A stretch of 48,858 nucleotides of DNA, filler included, from Bipalium vagum (lineage: Eukaryota): NCBI GenBank assembly GCA_037834085.1. It is 2 parts of 2 records of this genome, joined end to end, with 100 filler letters (N's around TTAATTAATTAA, not from the genome) between each part and the next. Parts side by side here need not be neighbours in the genome. Positions count along the whole stretch, not along the records: positions 1 to 18,641 come from JBBMKC010023666.1; positions 18,742 to 48,858 come from JBBMKC010005356.1. One strand, written 5' to 3'. A program made the position numbers and the translations under genes. This document shows, piece by piece, positions 13,122 to 24,243 of the stretch. The notes beneath the pieces are model-generated. The model was not told where the DNA came from. It saw only the letters and a list, made by a program, of their open reading frames with translations, and made no database searches. Within the stretch, counting starts at the first letter, position 1. Each line of letters starts with the position of its first letter.

Positions 13122-13234
13122 TTTCTCAAATGGTGGAAAACTAAGCCTGCCAGTCTTTTATTAGGTGGTGGTAATTGGATAATTAAAGCTTTGAGTCTAT
13201 TAACAAGATCGACTATTTCACCAGATTCAGCTTC
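13122..13234 (-). CDS. RhoGAP gene, GAP domain exon
   Basis: EAESGEIVDLVNRLKALIIQLPPPNKRLAGLVFHHLRK carries the LP..N...L..HL motif. CTGCAG| acceptor, then a 46-bp intron. Confidence 0.93.
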
Positions 13235-13836
13235 CTGCAGATAAGCGAAATAATAATATCTAATGGCAGCATATAAATAGAAATTGTTGTCTTATTAAGA
13301 CAATTATAACAATTTATCGGTCACGGACAATTCAGTCTCTGAAAAATGGATATTATTTCATGTGTAAACTTTCTTTGTGGTAAATCAAATTCGTCATTTC
13401 AGAGAAAAATTGTTTTCGAAAGATTTAACGATAAATTAGTACAAAAAATTGGGCGTATTAATAAACTGTAAAATATTATTTTAAGAAAATAGTACTTAAA
13501 AATTAATTTAAAAATATTATGAATTAAATATATATGATTAATATATAAATGATCTGTAATATTATTAACAAATATTAATATTTAATATATAATATTAATA
13601 TTCATAATATTATTAATAATGTTTATTGTAAACTCCGATTTATGAAGTTTAAACTTGATAATGAAATTAATAAAAATTTTAATAGTGTTTATAATATTAA
13701 AATAGCTGAACCAAATATTTATTTTATCAATTTGAAAATTGATTATTATAGTTATTGACAAAAAATAAATCATAATAAAAATCAATAGATAATTTTAAAA
13801 CTAAAGTACCACCTATCGAATAAAAAAGTGCACATA

Positions 13837-15495
13837 CATATACTCCAATAATTATCCGTACGATAATGATACAAATAAAAAATAAAAATTTCACTAAAAA
13901 AGAAAATATTTTTTATAAAAGTCTATTGTTTCCAAGTATAATGGCTATCCCGGATATATAAAATAAGAATAAGAATATGTAAATCGTTGTTTTTAGAATT
14001 GTAAGCATAAATTATTTTTGAATGTTCGAAAATGAGTAATACGAAAATTAACCATACGAATACATTTATTATAAGCGTACAAAAAATTTGTAACAAAATT
14101 TTGTTTTTAATAATTAATTGGACCACCCCTATTCTTGATGATCATTTTACATCTCATATGCATCGAAGTAACCAATTTTCTGCAGAAATCTGGGTTAATT
14201 TCTTGCCATTCTTCCAAGATGTAATTTTTCAGCATGTCTTTTTCAGTAATTTCTCTCCCTTTGAGTTTTCTCTTCATAAAAGCCCACAAATTTTCAATTG
14301 GGTTCATGTCCCGTGATTGCCCTATCCATTTCAAGACACTTACACCGGATTGATTAGGCCAATGTGTAATAATTTTGGCCCTATGTTTTGGGTCTCCGTC
14401 ATGCTGGAATTTGAAGTCAGTCTCAAGACCAAAGTGTTGCACAGATTCCAACAAATTTTCTACTAAAATTTTCACATAATCTTCCTTATGCATAATTCCA
14501 TCTATAAAGACTAAATTTCTAACACACAAACTCGAAAAACATCCCCAGACTATAACCGACCCATTACAATGCTTAAATATAGGTTGGAGACATTCTAATT
14601 TTATTTCTTCTCCGGGTTTTCGTCAAACAGTAACCCTTCCTTCTGACCCAAATACGTTAAATTTACACTCATTAGACCAAAGAACTTTATTCCAATCGGT
14701 TGAAGAGTTTAACAGTTCTCTTACCAATGCAACTCGTGCTTTCTGATTCATCTTCGAAATTAAAGGTTTCTTCCGTGCAATCCTTCCATGTAACCCTATG
14801 TCTGAAAGTCGGTTTCTCACTTGGAAATTAATATGCCAGTTTCTTCCTTAATAACTATGCTCACTTTCTCAGCTAATGTTCGCCGATCTTTCTTAACAAT
14901 TCTTTGGATTATTCAATCCTCTTTTGGTGTTGTTATTTTTCGTCTTCCTCTTTCGGGACTGGTTTTCACGCTTCCATCACAAGAAAACTTCCAAAATATA
15001 TTGAATTCTGAATTTTGGACATTTTAGAATATTTGATATGTGACTCATAGTATATTTCTCTTTTCTCATCGTCACAACAGCATTTCGGAAGTCAATGGAA
15101 TATTCTTTTGTCTTTTTACCCATTAAAATATTCACTTCTGAAACAAATGTAGAAAAATTTGTAAAAATACAAGAATTTAAAAATTAACTAGTCTTACTTA
15201 CATTGATAAAAAGTTTAAACAAAGATTTCTTTACTATTTAATATAAATATAATGTTATTTCCATTAAATTTTAAGGTCGTACGGATATTTATTGTGCATT
15301 AATATCCATAAAATAATTTTAATTAAGATAATTTAAATATTTTCTTGATAACAATTCTACAAAACACTTATAAATAAACGCATTGAAAATTAAATTATTA
15401 TTAACACCAAAAATTTATTTCATAAGTGTTGATTTTCCATACAAAATTATCTTGAGAATATTTACATATCGTAAGAATAATTATTGGAGTATATG
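13837..15495 (-). mobile_element. Full-length (1659 bp) DD34E Tc1 transposon, transposase pseudogenised
   Basis: TA-flanked 29-bp TIRs CATATACTCCAATAATTAT(C/T)C(G/T)TACGATA. ATG 15123 MGKKTKEYSIDFRNAVV; GLHGRIARKKPLIS; VLWSNECKFNVFGSEG; QHDGDPKH...DMNPIE (34-residue spacing); stop at 14107. Confidence 0.95.
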
Positions 15496-15725
15496 TAAAT
15501 GAAGCTGAGAAATCGGGTGTATCAAAGGTTAAAATAAACAATTATCTGGTGAATATTCTTTTGAATAATATAATTAATTCTCTAAGAAATATTAATATTT
15601 AATTGATATAAATAAAATAAACAAAGAGTTGAAGATTTGATTAAGTATTTGATTTAAGCACATCCTATCTAAGGACAGAAAGACATTAAATACAAATTTA
15701 AGCATTTAATAAAAAAAATAATAAC

Positions 15726-16285
15726 TTTTCCCAAATCTACAAATTCATTGTAGAGACTGTATGGCACAAGTGGTTCTGATAAAGAAATAAGTTTGCTCTT
15801 AACTACATTTGCCAGGGTAATAGGATGTTCATTGATTAGGTCAGTATCAATTCCTTGATTGTTAAGAGATTCCATAACTGATCCAACCTTAAGCTTGGAA
15901 GCGGAAATTCGATATATACCATGTGTGGATAATCCATTGATTTCAATAATTTCAATGCATTTTAAAATTATCTCTATAACTGAATCTACTTCCTTCTGCC
16001 ATTCCAGATCCTTATCTCCTAATCCCTCAGCACTACCTCCCATACTACTGGTACTGCCAGACGTACTTTTTTTCCCTTTAACGGTTTGATTTCGACGATT
16101 TCCTTCACCAGATGCATTACCAGAACCACTGCCACCTTGGCGAAATAAATTAGATCCAAATTCAACAATTGTATTTAGGACTCCAGTTTTATTTGGTCCT
16201 GTTGTCATAACTCCATCTCCTGTAGAAGTGATTTCTGTGTCTGAATCAGAGTCTGAATGGCTTTGAAGTATACTTCGACTGGGCC
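15726..16285 (-). CDS. RhoGAP gene (ARHGAP29/ARHGAP45/GMIP-like), exon with first half of the GAP domain
   Basis: IILKCIEIIEINGLSTHGIYRISAS keeps the arginine finger. LANVVKSKLISLSEPLVPYSLYNEFVDLGK resembles ARHGAP29/45 LPEP...LY.EF..LAKE. Acceptor TTGAAG|, donor AAA|GTTATT. Confidence 0.93.
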
Positions 16286-16377
16286 CTTCAAATAATAATA
16301 TAGAAAATAATATTCAAATATTAAAAAATAATCTTGCTAAAAAATTTATACATCTGGTGCTTAACATAATCAACTAC

Positions 16378-16434
16378 TGTTATTATGATAATAATTATTA
16401 TTGTTTTGATGTTGATGATAAATAGAATTTATCA
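16378..16434 (-). CDS. RhoGAP gene, small N/H/Q-rich exon
   Basis: Acceptor TTCTTAG|, donor A|GTAGTT. 57 bp, phase 1-1, reads VINSIYHQHQNNNNYYHNN and joins the next exon in frame over a 92-bp intron. Confidence 0.58.
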
Positions 16435-16592
16435 CTAAGAAATAGGAAATTTTACGAAAGTTAAAAAAAAATTTTGACTTTTAAACAACAAGTGATAAAA
16501 TATGCTTTGGAATTTACGTAAGTCTGAAAATATTTAGTTCTTGTATTTCTTAAATCTTAAAAATTAATTAAGACTGTGAACTTTAAATTGTA

Positions 16593-17420
16593 CAGTAGAT
16601 ACGGAATTAATCGGGACACTATAATTAAATTGGATATTATTATTTCTTTATTATGTATTTCAATATTTGTTTATATTTTTTGTTTGGTTTAAGTCATTGT
16701 ATTTTTAAAAATCGATAATTAAAATACATTTTCAAATGTTATAGCTAATAATCTTGAATCTCTTTGAAAATGGATACTAATATAGAAAACCATGTTGAAG
16801 TGAAAGCTTTGTTTGATGGTACCTTATCACAGGTGGATATTAAGTGACAGTTAAAAATTCCTCTGTCAACTTTACAACCAAACTGGGCCAATAAAAGCTC
16901 AACGAATTGGGAAATACAGAAGAAAACCAAGACAGAAAAGTAATTAGAAAAATAATTCGCGATAGCAAAACAAATCCTCAGAGGACCGTTAAAGAACTTA
17001 TAGCTAATAATCTAGGGACTGGATACTACTTAAATTGGATATCACAATTAAAAATTACCTAGTTTACAGAAAAAAATAATGCACGTTCACATACAGCATG
17101 AATTACAATGGCTAAAATCAATGGATTAAAGTAAAAACTTCTTCAACATACCCAGTTGGCTCCCTCTGACTTTCACCTGTTCCCAAAGTTGAAAATTTTT
17201 ATTAGTGGAAAGCTCTTTTCCACAATAAAAGAGGTTCATGAAACGCTAAATCATTAATCGGGAAGCTTTGACAAAAATCAATTTTGAGAGGACATAAAGG
17301 CCTTAGAACATCGTTGGCAGACGTGCATTAATTTTAAGACAGATTATGTTGAAAAATAATGTGATTTTTGTTAAAATAAATTTTTTTTCTTTTCAATTCT
17401 CGAAATTTTTAAACCACATC
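16593..17420 (+). mobile_element. Composite relic: Tc1-like 5' end/HTH joined to a mariner (irritans-like) 3' end
   Basis: TA-CAGT terminus, then HTH-like MDTNIENHVEVKALFDGTLSQVDIK*QLKIPLSTLQ, then NARSHTA...LAPSDFHLFPKLK...LEHRWQTCINFKTDYVEK* ending ~17359. Confidence 0.75.
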
Positions 17421-18148
17421 CACACTTGACATTTATTTTGAATTCTTTACCCTTTTTTCAGTCTTATCTTAAAATAACTTAATCATAGAAAAATAATTAA
17501 TATTTACTAAATAAATTAAAAGATAAATATTTTTTCAAAAATAATATAAATTAATTTTCCTTTTGAAATTAAAATAATATTTCACAAGAAGATTTTTTTA
17601 AAAAAAATAAATCAGCAAAAGAAAAGATTGAATAAATAAATGTTTAATTCTTTTTATTTTTTAAAAATTAAATGTTATCATTTTCAGTCATCTTTAATTA
17701 TAAACATCATAATCAAATTTCATAAAAAATGGAACAAAAATATTATTGGGAATTATTTTATTAATAATTTATTTCATAAAATTAAATGTATTTGTCTTTA
17801 GGTATTTAAAATGAATTATTTATTTCCATTAGTGATATTTATTCAAATGTGTTTTTTATTATTAATTTACATTTTGATATTGATCAGTAAATTAATCCAC
17901 GTTTGATGGAAATAATATTATAAAATAATAATTATCACCAATCGAATTATTTCATTCGAAAATTCAATATTTACTTAATGTAAAAATATGAAACTTAAAT
18001 TAAATGTTATGTACATTTGTTACAAATGTTGCCATTATAATATTATTCACATGTTCTCTGGTGTAAAGGTCACTGGTTATACATTAAAGTTTCATTAATT
18101 TCATGAAATAAAATGTATTTAAAATTATTAATTAATGTTCAATCTTAC

Positions 18149-18179
18149 CTAAAGGGTACGATATTTTCCTATTATGCAT
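18149..18179 (-). CDS. RhoGAP gene, candidate first coding exon (MHNRKISYPL)
   Basis: ATG at 18179 and strong donor TAG|GTAAGA; phase 1 fits the next exon. It could instead be a 20-bp internal exon using the AATAG acceptor. Confidence 0.5.
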
Positions 18180-18571
18180 ATAATTTGAAAAAAACATTTA
18201 TAAATAATAAAAACTAAATTCAAATTTAAAATAAAATAAAAAAATAAATTCACAAAAAAATAATAAAAATATTTGATTTCCCACAATTCTCTTCTTTTAA
18301 TAATAAATAAAAATAGTCCAAAATAAATGAGAAAAAAACATTATATTATATATTAGATTAGGATTGTTTAAAAATAAATCAATCAAAACCGAATCATCTT
18401 TGTCAGCTGACTTCATTTTTCAATAATAAAAATATTTTTAATAATTTAAAATAAAATTGAAAATAATAGGCATAAATTATGGAACCATATTTTCTTTTTT
18501 TATTTTTCTTATTTGTGACATATTTTCCTCGGACTGATTTATAATATAATAATTATAATATCCTATTACAC

Positions 18572-18641
<70 letters not shown>

Positions 18642-18741
18642 NNNNNNNNNNNNNNNNNNNNNNNNNNNNNNNNNNNNNNNNNNNNTTAATTAATTAANNN
18701 NNNNNNNNNNNNNNNNNNNNNNNNNNNNNNNNNNNNNNNNN

Positions 18742-18812
<71 letters not shown>
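18572..18812. repeat. (AAT)n microsatellite spanning an assembly gap
   Basis: Pure AAT repeats on both sides of the N-run. Confidence 0.95.
18642..18741. other. Artificial 100-bp scaffold gap spacer (N44-TTAATTAATTAA-N44)
   Basis: Symmetric N runs around a palindromic 12-mer that has stop codons in all six frames. Confidence 0.93.
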
Positions 18813-18816
<4 letters not shown>

Positions 18817-19916
18817 TAGAAATAATAATAATATTTCTATTTTTTATAAATTATATTTGTTTACCTAATATAAAAATATAACAATAAATATTACTTTAAA
18901 TAATTATAACTTCTTTAACTTAAATATAATAATAAAATAATAAAAGTAATAATATAGATAATAGTAATGAAAAGAATCAGAATAATAATATTATTATTAT
19001 ATTTATTATTCTCATTTTTTATCAATCCTATGTAAAATGAAAAATGTTTAAATAAATATTATTATTGTACTTTATTGTTGAATAATTATAATTATATAAT
19101 TTTGTATAATAATTCGAATAATGCTCATCAGTAAAATTTTTCGGATAAATTTTGATGATATTTAATTTAATTAATTAATCATTTAATCAATATATTTTAC
19201 ACGATGAATTTTTTATAACAAAATATCTTTTCTTTTAAATCTTGAAAGACTTCCAAGAAATAAGAAGGTTGCTGGATCATGTGAAACTCTTCCGGGATAT
19301 TTCCATAACTGATTAATTAAGTTGGATACTAATACGAAATAATAATGATATTTCATTATTTCCCACTGATAATCCGTTCTTTTAATTGATTTACAATGTG
19401 ACTGAATCATTTTATATTTTCCCTAACCGAAGGCCCATCCATAATCCAGTTTTCCAAAGCCACTGGATTATACAGTATGTGTAATTAAATAACCCTTCTT
19501 TTCCCATTTTTTATTGATTTATATCCTTATAATTATATTGTCGATTCTTGTGGTTTTCGTCTGTCGAATACCGAAATAATTAATTTAGATAAATTTTAAT
19601 GTTATTTGATTATTGAACATGAAAAGGTTTTATTAATCAGATTTTAATTTATAAAAGAAAAGATCTAAAGTATGTCATGGACAATGAATCTCTCTCAGTC
19701 CGTGTGGGAATAAAAGTTTTCTTTTCTGGTAGATACAATGTTAAGAGTTCAAACTAAAGAAAATATCCAAATGCCTTAACAAGTTGACATGAGTTTTGAT
19801 ATTGTTCTTAAAATAAATATTTCCATGGAATTCTGCTTCGAGATTGTGCCGATATGTGATTTTTCAACAATTTATTTTTATTTATTTTAAATTTTTATAG
19901 TTTAATTATCATAATA

Positions 19917-20450
19917 CAGTGGGAAGCATAATGATAGAAATACCCATATTTTTGATGAAAACAGCCGACCTAAGACAATGACTAAAGTAAATTTATAATT
20001 TTTATTTGGTATGGCAAGCATTAAACACGACAAGACAAAAGAAATCGATATTTTTGTCAATAGTGGTTAAAATGAATGGTGTAAAAGATAGGAATAGTAC
20101 GGAAAAAATCGATGTAAACGATAAATATTCCTTAACATAAAACATCTAATAACTTGTACAAAAACCATGTCTATGAATAACTTCAAAAAATCGATTATGC
20201 ATACTCTTAAAAGAATTGCTGAGAGTATCTTTGACCAGAATGTTCCAGCCGCGAGCGATGGCTTGTTTTAGCTCTTCCTTCGTCGAAAATGCATATTGTT
20301 TTTATATACAGGTCTTGTAATAAATCCCCACACGTTTTCAATGGGATTTAAGTCTGGAGAAAGAGCAGGCCATTGTAATCAGTTAATATTTTTGGCAGGT
20401 TAACCAGTCCGTAGTTCTTTTACTGACATGAACTGATGCATTGTGCTCTC
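19917..20450 (-). mobile_element. Tc3/Tc1-like 3' fragment with one TIR
   Basis: Minus strand reads NASVHVSKRTTDWL...QWPALSPDLNPIENVWGFITRPVY...EELKQAIARGW. TA-CAGTGGGAAGCATAATGATAGAAATACCC terminus at 19915. Confidence 0.85.
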
Positions 20451-22559
20451 CACTGCATTTTAAACCAATCTTTCAAATTATTTGCGCTTTCATAAATCTC
20501 TGCATCATGAAATTTTTGCACGAATTTAAAATTTTACACCGAGGTTTTCAATATTCGATTAAAACAAAATATTCTAGTTTATTTTGAAATTAACTTGATA
20601 GTCTCTGTCAAACTCATAAACAGAGAACCTGAAATTTTTATTCTATTGGAAAAAAATATTTAGGCTTAAAAATAATTTAATTCGAGTGAAATGATTAAAA
20701 AAAACTGAATAATTTATTCAAGACAAAATCTTGACTCACATAAATCAATTGATATTCAGTTGTCCATGAAAATTGTTTTAGGTGAACTTTAAAGACATTC
20801 TTTGAAATTCTACCACAAATCTCAACATCTCAACTCCATCATATGCCGATGTAAACTAATAAATCTGACAATCAATAAATTTAATTAATATTTGTTTTAT
20901 TGAATCGGAATCAAAAAATTAAACATCAAAATCCCGGGAAACTAAGCTGAAAACTTTATCTTGAAAAGCAAAAAAAAGTCGAAAAAGTCGAAATATTTTA
21001 AATAATATTATTATTTTAATGATTATTTATATTTTGAGTGTATTTCTTTGAATGAATAAGCCATCCTATTTGAAGAACATTTTTCTCAGTTTTTTTAATT
21101 GTTATTTTGTTTCCTTCAAAAATAAAGCTCAAAAATCAGGGGATATCTGATTTTTGGATGTTAAAGTGTGAAATAAATTAAAAATTGATTTTTATATTTT
21201 GTTACCATTTTGATAAAAATTATTGTTAAATGAAGTATAAAAAAGTGATATAGAAAACGAAAGAGTTTCCAAGTTCAATAATTTTGAAACAATTCAATAA
21301 AATTAAAAAAAAGAAATTAACTGTTTCCAAAAACGAAGACGACCTTTATGTGATTGAAGATGGGAATCAAAAAACGTCCTCACAATTTATTATACTTTTA
21401 AATTGTTTTAATACATCTCTCGGTTTCCAGTAAATCTGACGGGAAAATGAAGAAAAAAATTAATATAAATAAAATTATAATTAATTTATTTTCTACAAAC
21501 TTTTTTCCGAAAAAAAACATTTTTTCCAACAATCAAACCGATTTTTATCAAGAAAAATGCTTTGAAAAACGAACGGGAAAAAAACGAAAGATTGTTTCAT
21601 AATCAATAAAAATGGACAATAAAATTTAATAATTAATTATTAACATTCGGAATAATAAAACCAGTCCGAAAATTATTATTGTCTAAACAGATTCTCTTCT
21701 TCTTCATCTTCTTCTTTTTTTTCGTCTACAAAATGAAACCCGCTATTGCTATTTATTATTGCTGCAATGTATCTGCGCTAACTACTGACAAATGATAATG
21801 AGTAATATTTATTATTAGGTTTGTCCGGAGATTAATTTTATGCTTTTATGCTGGGCGGCAAATCTTTTGATATTTTTTCTGATTTTTTTTTCGATTTTAT
21901 TTTCAAGCTTTATTTGTTATCGGGTACATCTTATCTACAATATTTCTGATTATGGATTCGTTTGGTCAAACGCGGAGAGATACGTTTCAAATCAATATGA
22001 ATTATGACTTGTCTGACGGATGTTTGATCGGTTTAGAAATAACAAACGATCGTGGATATCGCAACACAAGGATTTATTAAATTTTTTGTTTAGCTCCCGT
22101 TTTTTTTTGGGGGTCATTTTTCCAATTACTTAATTTGATCGACATAAACGGGTTTTTTCGTTGATTTTAATGATCGTGAATAATGTCGTCGATCCATTTT
22201 ATTTTCCACATTATCACTGGACTTGGATGGCTGTTCATATTGTGATGGCTGATAGAAAACTCCTATTGAATGACAATATTGATCCAGTTGGATTTAGATC
22301 AGCTGATTTTTTTACGACCATACCACAACTGGTTCGATGATGAACTTTCCTCAACACTCTTCTCCTTGATGATGGTAATGTTGATAAATAGATCAACAAT
22401 GGTTGCCGATAAATCAATATTAAGTCAATTAAAATTTATCAATGATGTCAAGTAAATATTCGCTTTCTTTCTCTATGTTCCTTCAAGCGGAATCGGTGAT
22501 TATTAATTTTGTATAATGATTTTCTGCGCCATTAAGTTGACACTTGGCAAAAGTGGTAT

Positions 22560-23800
22560 CGGCTAAATCAATGATTAGGATATTTTGCTTATCGATAGAG
22601 ATATGTATACTTAAAACATCACTTCATATTATAATCAATATAATAAAAGCCAATATCTTGCTGGAATCTTCACACAATGAAAATTAATTCCCATGAATTA
22701 TTAATGTACTGTTGGCTTTTCTCTTTTCTTTATTTTCTTTCTTTTTCTTTCTTTCTTTCTCTCTCTCTCTCTCTTTCTCTCTGTCTCTCTCACTCTGTCT
22801 CTATCTTTGTCTCACTCAGTACCAATCTGTCGATATAACTCGAAAACAATAATGGATAATAGTATGATTGTCAACCTATACGAATCGCCACGTCCCACTA
22901 CTGGTCGCATTTTGTCAAAGCGATAAAAATTGCTTTGATGTTTCACCGAAACCGCCTGTTGAAAATTGTAGATAATAAAAACCAGACGCATACAAACAAC
23001 AAAAATGAAAACATACACACTCAATCTCGCAAAATACAAGAGCTATTTCCAGACCGTCATTCACTCCTACACAAACTGACACTTTAATACTGACACACGC
23101 ACGCACACAACCACAATCCGACATAGAGACAAACACACACACCCAATCGCCGAAAATTTCAAAAACAGAACTGCTTGCCAATTGATGTATGGAAGGCAAA
23201 TCATGAAAGCTTTACACACAGACATTACATGAACATAAACGATGTCGATAGCCCGCATGATCATAACTGTCAAGTTACCAATATCCAATATTAAAGACGC
23301 CGCCTTATCGGCAAATTTCAAAAGTTCAATGTTGGAACATGAATGAATCAACTGAACTGTTTTCTCTCTTACCATCTTTTGTATTGTATATATTATGTGG
23401 TCTGTGTGTGTGCGTGTGTGTTCATTTTTATCAATATGTATGTGTTTTCAAAAATTGATAGCTATGAATTATGTGTGTATGATTGTATGTCCTACAGTTG
23501 ATATTGGAAATATTGAGGAATACCAGCCTAATTAATAATCTTCATCGACCAATCGATGGCCAACTTTGTCAGTTTTGTTCAATTGACCATCTCAACCACA
23601 CCCTGCATTGTGCAGTGTATATGCATGTCCATGTTAACTTGTATATCTATATTTTGATGTGTGTGTGCCTGTTTACGTGTGTAATGGCACTAAATACACC
23701 ATATAAATCAAGAGCTTTGAAGTAGCCGCACCAGTTAAATCGCCGTCTAGGATTTGTGGATTCCAGAAGGAATTGTTTCATTACTTATAAACCATAACGG
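22560..23800. promoter_or_regulatory. Candidate (bidirectional) promoter / 5' leader region
   Basis: Locally GC/CpG-richer and free of recognisable TEs. Contains GA, CA and TG repeats, a TATCGATA (DRE-like) 8-mer at 22590-22597 and Inr-like TCAGT motifs. Lies upstream of RhoGAP (-) and of a spliced plus-strand unit. Confidence 0.4.
22735..22815. repeat. CT/CTTT-rich polypyrimidine microsatellite
   Basis: (CTTT)n(CT)n run seen directly. Confidence 0.9.
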
Positions 23801-23859
23801 TGAGTGAATTGACTTCATACTAAATAATATTGACTTAATTTCGTTTTAGTTATTTTTTA

Positions 23860-24243
23860 ATGCTGCTTTATAATTATTGTTTTGATTTACTTCGACGAAA
23901 TTACAAATATTCTGGATTATTTGTTTGTTTTTTCCTATGGTGTCTGATTCAGTTGGCATTGTATTACTGTCACAGATCTGAACCCTGTAGATCCGAGTTT
24001 GATGTCATGAATATTGTTGTCTTTTTTCATAACAATCAAAATCGAATCTTCAAGGTAAAGTTTGTGACAGAAATCATCATTCAACATTGATGCCTTAACG
24101 TGAAAAGAGTTACAGATCGATGAGCAGGATAGTAAATCTTTTTATTTTAGAAATTATCATCAGTGGACTCTGAACCGATCAAAGCGCCAAATATTTTGCT
24201 CCATAGAAGGTATTTTAAAATTTATTCTGTAAATATATATCAG
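23860..24243 (+). CDS. Candidate small single-pass membrane protein (exons 23860-24054 and 24151-24243), or a lncRNA ORF
   Basis: 50-bp GTGAGT...TTTTAG intron (23800-23849) just before the ATG. Basic RRNYK precedes hydrophobic SGLFVCFFLWCLIQLALYY. Splice sites AAG|GTAAAG, TTTTAG| and CAG|GTAATA keep the frame open. Confidence 0.3.

Noticed and set aside
13582-13785. Ile/Asn-rich 67-aa ORF (also 13923-14126 and 36899-37147)
   Set aside because: Compositional artefact of very AT-rich non-coding DNA.
18686-18697. Palindrome TTAATTAATTAA as a biological motif
   Set aside because: It is exactly centred in a 100-bp N gap, so it is an assembly linker.
19213-19475. 65-aa ORF and adjacent ATAATCCAGT/ACTGGATTAT hairpin
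   Set aside because: No in-phase splice link to RhoGAP was found; the hairpin is more likely a transposon end remnant.
21815-21850. Solo mariner-like TIR resembling the one at 553-582
   Set aside because: No partner TIR or transposase remnant could be identified; too weak to call an element.
22812-23725. Cys/Val-rich ORFs of 75-102 aa
   Set aside because: They arise from TG/CA dinucleotide repeats, mostly have non-ATG starts, and show no domain features.
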